Source of the DNA: Vitrella brassicaformis CCMP3155
Lineage: Eukaryota > Protista > Chromerida
Length of the DNA stretch: 64,000 bases
Assembly (NCBI GenBank): GCA_001179505.1
Contig: CDMY01000273.1
Location: 1 to 64,000 of the forward strand
Reading direction: 5' to 3'
Shown: positions 50,163-62,131 of the stretch, piece after piece
Layout of the letters: each line of letters opens with the position of its first letter
How positions within the stretch are numbered: the stretch's first letter is position 1
Translations under genes and position numbers: made by a program
The notes under the pieces: generated by a model
What the model was told of the DNA's origin: nothing
Seen by the model: the letters and a program-made list of their open reading frames with translations, nothing else
The model's database searches: none

Positions 50163-51831
50163 ATGGCCAATGGCACCACTGTGCACCGCTCTCTCAGCGG
50201 CCCGCCGGTCTTTCCCCTGTCCGACCTACCCTCTACCCAGAAGACATCCATCCTCCGCGCCCTCTACGGTGCGGCGCGCAAGGCTGGGAAATACGAAAAG
50301 CTGGCCCATCTCCACCTCATCGCTGCCACTGGGGAGAAACTCGCCGCTGTTTCAAAGCCGCAGGCCGCGAAGGGCGAGGAGGAGGGCGAGGGCATCCGGC
50401 TGGTGGTTCATGGGGATGGGGCGACGGCCGATTGGAAGGAGCTTACAGGGCGGCTGGTGCTGCCAGTCAAGCAGGTCAAGGAGAAGGGCATTCGTGTGTC
50501 TGTGGAGGGAATGATGCCGGCAGGGGTGGATGTGGCGGCAATTTCGGCCAGTAGTGTCATCCTTGGTCCGATGCCTCAGGTGGAAGGAAAGGCAGGGCTG
50601 AGGTCATGATCATACCTGCCTCACGTCTCTGTTTCTTGCAGCTGGTGCCCTCTCCCTCTGCCAGCTGTTCGTCTTCCGGTCAGCACAAGATGGTCCACCG
50701 CAACGTCTCCTCGACCACCACACTGGCCGGCAAGGGCACCACATACGAAGAGGTGATACCACCGCCGCCTGTCGAGGATGGAGACAGCACAGGCAGGCCA
50801 GTCGGCATCGTCTGTGCGGAAGAGGCCAGACGGCAAGGGACTGATCGCAAGCCAAAGACGGCGGCACAGGTGGCGAAGAAGCCCTCTGTCGGGGCAGCCA
50901 CGAATGCCCGTGGCAAGGGGGCGGGGAAGGTCGATGGTGCAGTTGCGAAGCAACCAAAGGAAGCTGCCAAGGTGTGGTGTGTGTGTCAGTATACTTACAG
51001 GCAGCACAGGCGTCTTTGTGTCCACGTGCTGTTGCATGTTCCACTCAGGTGCCTCGTGGTGGTGCCCGCTACGACTCGCCCCCCCTCCACAAAGCCAAGG
51101 CCAGCGGCACCAGCAGCCACGGGACCACCCCTTCTCTCAAGGCTCCTCTCCTCCACCCCCGCCACCCACACAAGAGGGAGGACCCGCGGCCCAATCTTAC
51201 CCCACGGATGAAGAGCAAACCAGTCACAGCTGCTGCAGCCAACGTGACGCCACCGCATCGCACGACGACGTCGCCCTACGCCCACCAGCACACTCCTCTG
51301 AACACCATCAGGCCGGGAGCTGGAGCCCCGATGCACCCGTCTCGCACCACCCTGCCCGTGCGTTTTCCTTGCCCCGTGCCAGTGGACAAGGCCTTCCACC
51401 CGCCCTCGCCCTACCTCATGGCCGCCGTGCTCTCCAGCGACCCGCTGTCTCCGCCCAGGCAGCAGCACATGCAGCTCCACCTGATGCCCCACAATATGTC
51501 GTCTCCCTCGCTCCACCAGACGCCCGAGCGCAAGACAGTGACGGGCACGCCATGCCCTCCTGTCAACACACGCAACTTCCCGCCCATCACAGCGTCCCAT
51601 GGCGTGCAGATCGTCCCGCCACCTCCCCGGCCCCCGGGCGCCGGGCGGCCCGCTGGCGGTTTGCGAGGTGGGTCGGGTGGCGACGCCCGCTCCCGTGCCG
51701 TGGCGATATTGATGGACAAGATGGATGGGCGGGTAGTATCGACATCTCTATCGACATATATGGCTAGGTTGCACTGCAGCATGGCATGCGTTGAGGTGCG
51801 AGCAATGCAGGCAGCGTGGTTGTTGGGGTGA
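50163..51831 (+). CDS. Hypothetical protein: small globular N-region then a Pro-rich disordered tail (3 exons)
   Basis: ORFs 50163-50609, 50606-51211 and 50974-51831 are joined by introns 50580-50641 and 50972-51048. No recognisable domain. Confidence 0.55.
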
Positions 51832-52332
51832 GTGGTTGGCTCAGCTGACCGGATGTGAGTGATACGGTAATGCAATATCGGCGGCTGGCTGTGTGATGGA
51901 TGGATGGATGGATGCGAGGGACGAGCAATGCAATGCAGGCAAGACAAAGGAAAAGTTAATACAATGAATGAAAGCCACCAGAGTCACGTGTGTCACACAT
52001 GCCATGCAGTAAGTACGAGTCTGTCTGCCAGACATCCATCCATCCATCTCACAGGCCAGGCTCCATCCATTCACACACACACAGCTGGGAAGGGCATGCA
52101 TTGGATGGATGTACGCCTTATGCACAAACAACCGCTGACAGACAGACAGGCATGAGAGAGAGTCCTCAGTCAGGGACACGCTCGTAAGAGCGAGCAGACC
52201 AGTGGCGTAGATCAGTGGACGTGACGCCCACACACATACCGTCACAGCGACAGAAAAATGGCTCTCACACAAGCCAAGCCATCGGCTTGCACCCACCCAT
52301 CCCGTCAGTCAGCATCACCGACCTCAGCCCGG

Positions 52333-52683
52333 TCAGAACTCATGTGGGAGGTACTTGACGAAGCACACAAGGCTGGCCTTGTCGACAAGATCACACTCAG
52401 CGAGCGTCTTCATCTTGTCCTCGGTGATCTCCTTTCCCTTCCACTGGCACTGTATGCGGCTCTTGGGGATGCCGCCCTCCCACTTGAGCTTGTCAAGCAT
52501 CGCATCCACCGTCATGTCCCTGGTCAAACCCTCCAAAGTGATGGTCTTCTTGCCGCACCCGAAGTAGGTGTTGAAGGACACGCACATCCGCTCCCTTGCG
52601 CTGCTGGGTTGGGCAGAGTCATTGCGGGGAGGCGCTTGTGATGCTTGAGGAGCCGCATCGGATAATGATTGGCGTTGACCCAT
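52333..52683 (-). CDS. Ubiquitin-like domain protein (116 aa) with an N-terminal MGxxxS motif and no C-terminal di-Gly
   Basis: GKKTITLE..EGGIP..QWKGKEITEDKMKTLAECDL aligns with ubiquitin GKTITLE..KEGIP..IFAGKQLEDGRTLSDYNI. It starts MGQRQSL and ends FVKYLPHEF. Confidence 0.8.
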   Translation of the reverse strand: MGQRQSLSDAAPQASQAPPRNDSAQPSSARERMCVSFNTYFGCGKKTITLEGLTRDMTVDAMLDKLKWEGGIPKSRIQCQWKGKEITEDKMKTLAECDLVDKASLVCFVKYLPHEF

Positions 52684-52800
52684 CTCTGCTCTCTTCGCAA
52701 CTCTGCTTCGCAGACGTCCATCAAGCACCTCGAGCCCTCGATGACGAAACAAAGAGCGTTGGATATCCTTTTCTGTTGGATGGGTTAAGATCTGTCCGTC

Positions 52801-52834
52801 AAACCCGAAACCCTACAATCTAACCCGAAACCCT
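52801..52834. repeat. Four degenerate telomere-like heptamers upstream of the Ubl gene
   Basis: aaacccg-aaacccta-caatc-taacccg-aaaccct. Confidence 0.5.
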
Positions 52835-53441
52835 CAATTGACCCTGATGGCCATACAGGCCACCAGCCCCGCTCCGGGGCTGTGAGGTGGCTGCTGGATC
52901 TGGTTTCCGTGAATGTGTGTGTTTGTTTGCATGTCTCACGCTTGTTTGCAGTGTGCGACGTGTGTTCGCAGTCAACGAGCGTTGTCCATTGTTTCTGCAT
53001 GTATTGTTCCCCTTCGCTTGCTTGATACGAACTGGTGCCTAGACGAACTTCGTCGCCCGTTCATGTATCTACTTAATCTAAAACTGGTTTGTGCGGCCCT
53101 CTGAGGTGACTCGTCGATTGTTTTGCAGCCGATTGAACTGACTGCTCGTCTCAGAAAGCACGGCCGCCATGTCCACTCACAGACACACGCACATGCACAT
53201 GCCTGCCTCCGTAGTTTACCCGTATCAGTATGGTCTCAGCAGCTCCTCTCTCGAACTCACACAATACAGACAGACAGACAGACAGAACAGTCATGCAATT
53301 CACCGTCACGCAAGACAACACACCATGCCAAACCGCCCACCGACCCCAAAACAGCGTAGCAACCCAACCCAACCCCCCTGCCGCAAACACCTTACACAAA
53401 CCCAGCAATGGCTAGAACCAACCAACCGACAACCCGATCTA

Positions 53442-56400
53442 TCAGTCGAGCACCATCAGGCCCTCTCCACCCTCCTCACCTCGGTCACCCTCTCCCACCG
53501 CTTCAGCAGCAGCAGGAGGGCCGCCACCATCCCCCGCCGTCACCAGCTCAAAGTACCGCCTAAAGTCCACGCGAAGAGAGGGGTCGCTGTCCGGCACCGT
53601 TTCCTCACCGAGCCAGAAAGTCGACCCAATGTGATAGACCCGCTGATAGTGGGCGTGCGGCGAGTCGGCATAGTCGTCAAACATCCACTCGGCCGCCGAC
53701 CCACTCTGCGAGCGGGGGGTGGCGGCCGTGTGTGTGTGGCTGGGCGAGTGGCCTGGAGAGAGGGCGGGGGTGGCGGGGAGGGGCAATGAATCTGTTTGCT
53801 GCTGATGGTGAAGCTGCTGAGGCGGCTGAGATGAAGCCGCAGAGCCACTAGCGTCTTGCTGTAGCTGCTGTTGCTGAGATGATGAATCCAATCCGATTTC
53901 CCGAGCCTTGCCGATCCTGTCGCCCGCAGAGCCCTGCCGAGCGCCAGAGGGAGACTCCCGATCATGCTCGTCTTCGCTCTCGTCGTCGAGATCGATCACC
54001 ACTGGCTCATGCTGCTCACGTTGGTGAGACTGCTGAGCCCGATGCTGAGTAGAATCAATCCTTCTTCTCTTGCTGTCTTGCAGAGACGAGTCAGCTGCTG
54101 CTGCTGCTGCTGCAGTCGGTGCTGCACCAGCACCACCAGCACCACTACCCAAAGCACCATCAGCCGAGGCCTCCCCACCGATCTCCCTCTTTCTCTCCTG
54201 CCCAGCATCTGGCTTGGAAGCAGGAGCCGCCCTGGCAGCCAGGCTCGCTACCACTCTCGCGCGGAGCTGCTTGAGCTTCTCGGCTGGGTCGGCTGCAGTC
54301 GGCTGGTTGGCCATAGAGGACGTGCCGACGCCATCCGTCGTCGGAGGGGCCTGCCTCGGAGAGATATCCATGGGTGCAGGTGCGTGGCCGGGTTGCTGCG
54401 CTTCGAGAGGAGGGGCGGCCTTCTTGCTCGGCGTCGACGGGCCGGTCATCGCAACGTCGGGCCGGTCGTCGCCCCTCACTCCTTCCCTCTCCATTGGCGG
54501 CGGCGGCGGCGGCGGCGGCGGCTGCATCTCCTCGTTGACCGCCTGCCCGACCCCTGGGGCTGGCTCAGCAGCTACCTCTGCAGCAGGCGATGCTGAGTCC
54601 CCCTGGAAGCGAGCAAACATCTTGGCATAACCAGAGAGCGCGGGTGACACAGCAGCGCCTTGGCCGTTCGGATGAGTGTCTCGGGCAGGGAAGGGCGGGG
54701 GAGGAGCTGCCACAGCGGGACCAGGAGTAGGAGTGGGAGTGGGAGAAGGGGTAGCAGGCGGCTGCTGCTCGCTGGCCACTGCTGGAGCTGCTGCTGGCGC
54801 TGCTGCTGGAGCTGCCTTCTTGGCATTCCGTGGCGACAGCTGCACCACCCGCTTCGGCTTAGCCGACTCCTTGGCCGTGCCAGCAGGGGCAGCCTTGCCA
54901 TCCTTCGCAGCAGCGGGCGGTGCCTTGGCCTTCTTGGGTGAGGCTTTCTTCTTGAGGGCCGGCGGCGGTTTGAGTCGTGGTGTCGGGGGTGGCTTCAGAC
55001 GAGAGAAGGGAGGGGAGGAGGGAGGCGTGCCACGACCACGATCACGACCACGGCCACTGCCGCTGTCCTTTGCTGACGGGCGAGGCCTCAACGTCACCAC
55101 ACGCCCGGACGGCGTCTCCAGGGGTGCTCCGCTCCCAGGGGAGAAATCTTCAGCTGATACACAGAGAGAGAGAGAGAGAGAGTCCAGCCACACACAAGTC
55201 ATCCGTCCTCCCGTCACATGTCCTCATTCCTGTCTGCATACATACCTGCATGGTGTGGCGAGTATGCTTCGGGCGGCATCATGGGCTGGATGGGGAAGGG
55301 CGGAAGCATGTTGCCGTCCATCCCTAGCTCACGGCCCGGCCCCGGCCCATAATGCCGCCCTTCATTGCCGTTGGCCATGTCATCTCGATAGACGTGCCGC
55401 ACGGGTGGGGGCGGGATGACCGGCGCACGACCCGGCGACAGCACCACGCGTCGGTGTGGCGGCATAGCCATGTCGAAGTCGCCTTGTGGCCGCAGGATGA
55501 CCTCGCGAGGCACCGATGGATGCATGCTGGGCGGCGGTCCATGAAGCAGAGGTGGTAGTTCAGGGGGTGTCAGAGGGGGGAAGCCGTGCAGCAGAGGTGG
55601 GGGGCTCCGGCGCTTGGGTGGGCCGGGGTGGCGACTGCCAGTGGGGGGCGGGGGCTGGGGGGTGGAGAGCATTGGGGGCCGGTAGGTGTCGAGGGCGCAT
55701 GGCTTGGTGGGGGCCTGGTCGCGCCGACAGAGGTAGAGATGCACCAGGGGGACGTCCTCGCGACGCAGATTTGGGTTGTCTATCAGGGGAAAGAGGGAGA
55801 GGGGGGAAGAAGCACACATACAGGCAGGCAGATACATACATGCCATGCCTGACAGCTCTCTGTGCTGTGCACCGACGTCCCTCCCCGCTCTCCTCTCCCT
55901 CCGCGATTGTTTGGCTGGCTGGCTGGGCCCGGTGGGCTATGTGTGTGTGTGTCTGTGTAAGTATGTTATGTGCTGTATGTGTCCGCCCCCCTTGCCCTGT
56001 GGGATCATGCGGCACGAGCGGACGTCGCACTGGGGCCGTCCCCTCTCCGCCTCGCAGTACTTGATGTCATGTCGGTCGCAGTAGTCCAGAAGCTCCTCGG
56101 CATGCACCTGGTTCCGCGCAACGCGGAACCACACCGGCCGCAGGTCGCGCGCATCCACCTCCCCAGGCACCAAACGACACCTGCACGTGTGAATGGAATG
56201 TGTCCACTCGTGGCGCGGTTGGTGCTTGTGCGCGATGGGCGCTTGTGTGAGTGTGTGTGTGCGAACCGGACCATGGGTAGATGACGAGAGGGTGGTCTCG
56301 TATAGAGTAGAGGACGTCCAGTACGCCGACCTCTGTGATGTTGTTGCCGGTCAAGTGGATCTCGCAGAAGGGCTCCTTGAAGCGCCAGATCGTCTCGGCC

Positions 56401-56971
56401 AGATGCCGCATGCCTGACAGACAGACAGCACACAAGAAGACGGCACTCCGCAAAGCAGGCACACAAGCACAGCACAGTCAGGCTCTCATGGTCTCTCTTC
56501 CTTCACACACGTACACGCGTCGGTGAGGAGGTTCTTGTACGCCTTAAATATTACGATTCTAACATCCAGTCGGAACCTGTCAAGCGCGTCCTACACCACA
56601 CACACACACACAACTGTCTGCCGAGAGTCCGGCAGGCACCGTCTCCCCCCCCTCCGTCCATCATGGCTCACGAGGAAGCGCTTCAGGTCGTTGTCGTTGA
56701 GGTCGTTGTCGGACAGGTCGATGACGAGCTCCATGGGGCGGCCCTGCCCGCTGCAGGCCTCCACCTGAGCACCTATCGCACCCATGCCTGTCACACACAT
56801 GCACAACGTGCGCTCAGGTACACATGACGAGGGTCTGGACCATGCCTACTGACATAGGTTGATCCACTTAGACCGCCTTCTGAGGTTCTGGCCCTGGACC
56901 TTCAGGTTCCATGCGCCGTCCAGATAGTACCACGTCTCGGAGGTGAGCAGATGCTGATGCTTGGGAGGCAT
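53442..56971 (-). CDS. RNI-type leucine-rich-repeat protein with a Cys-containing cap and a long Pro/Ala/Lys-rich disordered tail
   Basis: Exons give MPPKHQHLL.., LVIDLSDNDLNDNDLKRFL, IFKAYKNLLTDAGMRHLAE, EIHLTGNNITEVGV and PVWFRVARNQV..C..C..C..C..PLVHL. The final 591-codon ORF is low complexity. Confidence 0.65.
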
Positions 56972-57128
56972 CGTTGGTATGCCACAAACTAGAGTAAGGC
57001 GAGCTGAAAAAATGTCAGTCAGCTATTATCGCCGCGGGAGCGTCTGAAATAATCGGACTTGAACACCGGCCGCCCTCTCTTCCTTTATTCCCCTCCCTCC
57101 CTGACTCCTCTTGCGTCGGCCGCCAGCC

Positions 57129-60100
57129 ATGTACACGCTCGATAGCTACGCCAGCAACGACTGCGAAGGCGTCGCGGAGTACCCCAGCCCGCCGACCTTG
57201 TCGAGGCCCAGGACGCCCAACAGCAGCGGCAACACGCCCTTCAGCACCGCTTCCAACACGCCACCCTTCTTCACTCCTCCCAGCAGCCGCTTCGAGCGCG
57301 TCTCTTTCGACGCCGTGGCCGCCCCGTCGCCCGCATCCACGCCACTCTGTCTCAACGTCCACGCACTCGGCACAGACTCGAGCGCGACGAGCAAAGCCAC
57401 ACACAGCAGCAAGGCCGCCATTGCCAACGCTGCCGATGGCCTGAGCGTGGCGAAAGTGGAGGTGAAAGCGGCGGGGCGCGGGGGTCTGGTGGGAGTGTTC
57501 ATCGGCCATGTGGCCGCGATTGCTGTGGCGCTGAGTGTGGTGAGTGCGGCGAAGCTGTGTCTGTGTGGGGTGTGGGGGAGTTTGCTGGAGAAGTGGACGG
57601 CGGACGAGGCGGACGTGACGGTGGTGGTGGTGGGCGTTGTGTGGATGGCCTCCTTCACCGTCCTCTCGGCTCTGCTCGGCGGTCACATGCTCTTCCTCAC
57701 CGTCACCCGACCCATGCCCGCCCCGCACGGAAGCATCTGGCCCTGCTGGTCCAAGCTGTTCTTTGTGGGGTGCGGTGGGGCGGTGTTCTCCCTCTTCTGG
57801 GCGCTGTGCTACGGCCTCTTCTCGGTCAACGTGATGGAGGAGTCCATGGTGCTCCACTACGCCTGGCTCATCGTCGGCCTCATGCTCTCCCTCCTGCTGC
57901 TCGGGTCCTCCGTCGCCAAGCTCCTCGAGCGCATGCTCATTCGCAAGATGGTCCAGGCGGCAGCACTACTCCCCACCAACCACCAGCCAAGCCCTGAGCG
58001 TGTCAAGAGTGCCGCGGAGATCATCCGGGCGGAGAGGAGGAGGTATGTGTTCGGGTGGCGGGCCATCATCCTGCCGCTGTTTGCGACGGGCTCCTTGCTG
58101 ATCCCGAGAGTGGTGCACTGGTCGAGTGAGGGACAGAGCGTCACGGTCGCGGCGGCGGGGTCGGTCAACGCGTTTGGGGGCGGGGGGCTGCTCGTCGCAC
58201 TGGCGGCCTGTTTCCTCCTCTTCGTGGAGATGATCGCGTAAGCAAACAGGCCTCCACCAAACAACACGACTCTCCTAACGCTTTTCTGCCTGTGTGTGTC
58301 TGTGTGTGTCAGCTTCGACTATGGTCCGATATGGCTGCCCAAGCCCATATCAGATTTCATCCTGGAACGGCTGCCGGGCATCCGCGGCGACTCGGAGGCC
58401 ATCAACGCGTCCCTCACGCTCGTCCTCGCCCCCATCCTCGGCCTCGCCAGCCCCTACGCCCCCTTCGTCTTCGTCGCCTGGCTCTTCGCCAGGTGGTCCG
58501 TGCGGCAGCTGATCAAGAGGGCCGCGCCGAGATACGACGCGGTTAGTGGGTGGGTGGGTGTGGGGTTGTGCATCATGGTGTGTGTCATGGTGTATGTGTG
58601 AGTGTGGTGTTGGCTGCAGCCTGACGGCGAGACGCATGTGGGTCTGTTCCCGTGGTGTATCCTTCTGGCGCCCGTGTTTGCCTCGGCGGGGTGGCTGCTG
58701 GCTTCGAAAGATCACGGGGTGCGTGTGTGTGGTGCAGACAGCCAGCCAGACATCTGTCATACTCACTGACTGGTTGTGTTGTGTTGTATCTATCGGTGTC
58801 CGTCCGTCGTCCGTCGGTCGTGTGTGTCAGGAGATATACTTCATGTGTGCGGTCATCTGCCTGGTGTGTTCCCTGACGGTGCTGCTCATCGCCTCGGGTG
58901 TGTCGGTCATCGTCATGGCCAAACGCCCCTACGACCCACACTCGGGGGAATCCACTAACGCCACACGGTAAGCAAGCGGGAACTATCCTGTGAGCCTCGA
59001 CATTCTGTTTGTGTCCTGTCCTGTCGTTTCCTTAGCAGGCAAACGCGCACCGATTCGTTGGTAGTGTCTTCAACCACAGTGACGTACTCGCCCGGTGCGT
59101 CTGCCACCCCCACCCCCAAGACGGACGACTACATGACGCCCCACGGCCGCCTCGGCACATCCATGATGCACCGCCTCCACACTGCCCCTCACGAGTACGC
59201 CCACCCGCCCTCGATGCTCTCATCCCCGCCGTCGCTCGGGTCGTGCAAGTGCGGCAGCACCCACAACCAGGGCCCCCCCGCCGCCTGCAACGGGGCTCTC
59301 TCGTCTGTGTCTTCCCCCCTGTCCGCCTTGTCGATGCTCGAGAAGGGCAGGTGGACCCCTGCCGTGAGCGTGCTGATCGAGGGCAAGAACGAGAGCCATG
59401 CAGACGATGACGACCCGGATTTTTGCCAGGACAATGAGCAGGAGAGCGTGGGAGTGGGCGTGTCGGTGTGCAGCAGCTATGGGGGCGGCGACCACAAGCA
59501 CGATGCCGTCAAGAGCAGCTGCCACGACGAGAAGGAGAGCGTCTACTACGGCCACGGCGTCGCCAAGACCAACGGCACAGGAACCAGCGAGCGGGAGTCG
59601 AGCGTCGCCGTCTCGTGCGCAGGCACCAACGGCCACCAAACCGCCGGCAGGGAGGGCGGCTTCTCCCTCCCCAGCATCTCGTGCGGCGACTTCCTCGACC
59701 CTGCTGACATCCACAGGAAGCACTTCTCCGAGACGGACTCGTATCAGCAGCTGAGTATGATGAGCGAGGAGGAGGAGGACCTGGTTCGGCCTTCGTCGTT
59801 TGCGTGGTGCTGCGGGTGCGGCGTCAAGAGCCACTCGGTGGGCGTCAACACCACCGGAGACATGTGGCCTTTCATTGCCAGCGAGGGCGGATCGCTCCGG
59901 TCGTTCCACCATAGGCTCGCTGGCCTCATCAGCTCCTCTGGGTATGTGCCAGCTGCTGACACACAGCAGGCAGAAAGGCAGGAGGGAGAAGTTTCTGTGT
60001 GTGTTGTGTGCGCTGCGCTGGATAACTCAGGGATGGGTCAGTGGAGTACCCACACAGTGACTACGACGGCACACCGCGTCCGCCGCACATGAGGATGTCA

Positions 60101-60175
60101 GAGGTGCTGCTCGACCCGCCCGCACCTTTCATCAGGGGCAAAGACGAACGCCGGTCGCTGCTCTCGCCCAGATAG
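57129..60175 (+). CDS. Multi-pass membrane protein of unknown family (about 10 hydrophobic segments by eye) with disordered termini
   Basis: Exon 1 (57129-~58238) has many hydrophobic stretches. Exons ~58311-58541, ~58830-58967, ~59040-59941 and 60031-60175 follow. The last junction is phase-compatible and ends LLSPR-TAG. Confidence 0.7.
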
Positions 60176-60299
60176 ATAGACACACACACGCGCGGACAAA
60201 GAGAGAGAGAGACGGCCGCACACATGGATGGGGCCGATGCGTGTGTACCTGTGGTCGATGCGTGTATACGTGTGCGTATGTCTGTGTGTATGTGCGTAT

Positions 60300-62100
60300 G
60301 TGTGTATGGTTTTATTAACATCGTTTATAGCGAAGGGACATTTTCTTTCCTCTCTCTGCCTGGCCCCTCCGTGGGGCGTATGGCATAGCACACACAGCCA
60401 AGGGCGTGTTCGTTCGTTGGTTCGTTCATGCGCATAGATAGTTTTGTTTTTACCAATTCGGTCACAACCAACGCCCTTCACCTCACCCTCCACCCTGTAT
60501 GTGTGTATGCATCTCTCTGTGTCTGTGTGTGCGTGTTGGTGTGCTTTTTTCTGTTCAAGTTAGCCTCAAGTTCGCCCCAACCCGCACAGCCTATCTGTCT
60601 GTCTGTCTGACGCATTTCTGGGATGGCCCCGATTTCTGCCTGCCTGCCTGCCTGCCTGCGGCTATTTATCTCTTCTGGCCTCTTTCTCTCTTCCTGCCGA
60701 CCTGCCTGGCTGGCCGCTGATCGATCGACCAACCACTCACTCATAAATGCAATTCGTGGCCTTCCTTCCTTGTTGCTTGCTGCTGTTTAGGTTGTGTATG
60801 GGTGTTTTTCCCATCATCCATCACATCGACCGGCCGTTTGTGTGCGCATGTCAGCCGTATCTCTCCGTGCGTGCGTGTGTGTGTGTACCCGCCGAATGCA
60901 TTGACGCAATCAACCAACAAATGGAGGAGAGGAGCCATGTCCGTCTGTCCGTCCGTCCGTCGCTGTGAGTGCAAGTGCGCTTCTCTCCTCCCTTCTTTGC
61001 TGCTAATATGGATAATAAGTGAATGGGTGGCCATCTGCATGTCAGTCATGTCGAATCGATGCCATACGAGTATTGATGGATCCAAATGCATGCATAATTG
61101 TTGATAAGTACGTGGTCATGATGTGCGTGTGTATGTGTATGTGTGTGTATATGTGCGCGCGTGTGTGTGTGCATAATTTGTCACACCAGACAGACAGAAC
61201 CAACAGAAAGGCATGGAAGCTGCGGTGTGATGGGGTGTGGTGTGACGTGTGCGCACGACGGCGGGGGCGCGCGGGCGGGAAGGCAGGCGGCTTTTTATAA
61301 CTAGCGATGTGCATTCCTGAATTCACAGGCACACAGACAGACAGACAGACAGACAGACAAGAGACAGCCAGGCCGCGCCGCCAAACCGACGGATCCGGCA
61401 ACAAAAAATGGTGATGAGCACACTAACGAGACATCCATGGACTCTGATTGAATGAATGCCATTCCACCATGATAAGGTTAGGTCTCTGACTGACCCAACG
61501 ACCGCTGCTGCTTCCGTAGAACGGGAGACCGAGAAGCACTCACAGATACACACACATTAAGATGACGTCACTGTCCCATGCATTCATTCGTGTCTCTTTC
61601 CATCCATCCATCCATCCAGCCGTCTACCGTGCACACACGTGTGACGTCCATTCCATCCACCAGCAACGCACCCTTGCCATGCGATGCCGTCCAAAGAGGA
61701 AAACGCGTGACAGAGCGCAAGGATACATCTTCTACAGTGTGTTTACGCATCAGCGAGTGACTGCACGTGCACATGCTGCTGCGTGCTCGACCGACGGCCA
61801 CCGACACACCAGTGAGTGCACGAATGGATGGATGGATGGATGCATGGATGGATGGCTAGATGTAAGTCAGATGGTCAGTCGGTCGACGGAAGAAGGGCGA
61901 CACACGACGGACGAGAGAGGAAGAGAGAGCAGGCGATGTTTTCGTAGCTTGCCACACACTGTCTCTCTCATCCGCCGATGCCACGCACACCGACGAGAAT
62001 GGATCACATCAATCAGTGTGAGACGCCAGACAAGGAAGCACTCCCCTCTTCCACTCCCTCCCTCCTCGCTGTATATATGTACAAGGGTAACCTACATGCA
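60300..62100. repeat. Microsatellite-rich intergenic/UTR region ((GT)n, (CAGA)n, (GATG)n, (GCCT)n)
   Basis: Multiple short SSR tracts and no coding-like ORF. The same SSRs fill most introns in the window. Confidence 0.7.
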
Positions 62101-62131
62101 TACCTTGCTTGTCTGGCTGCACCTCCCTCAC

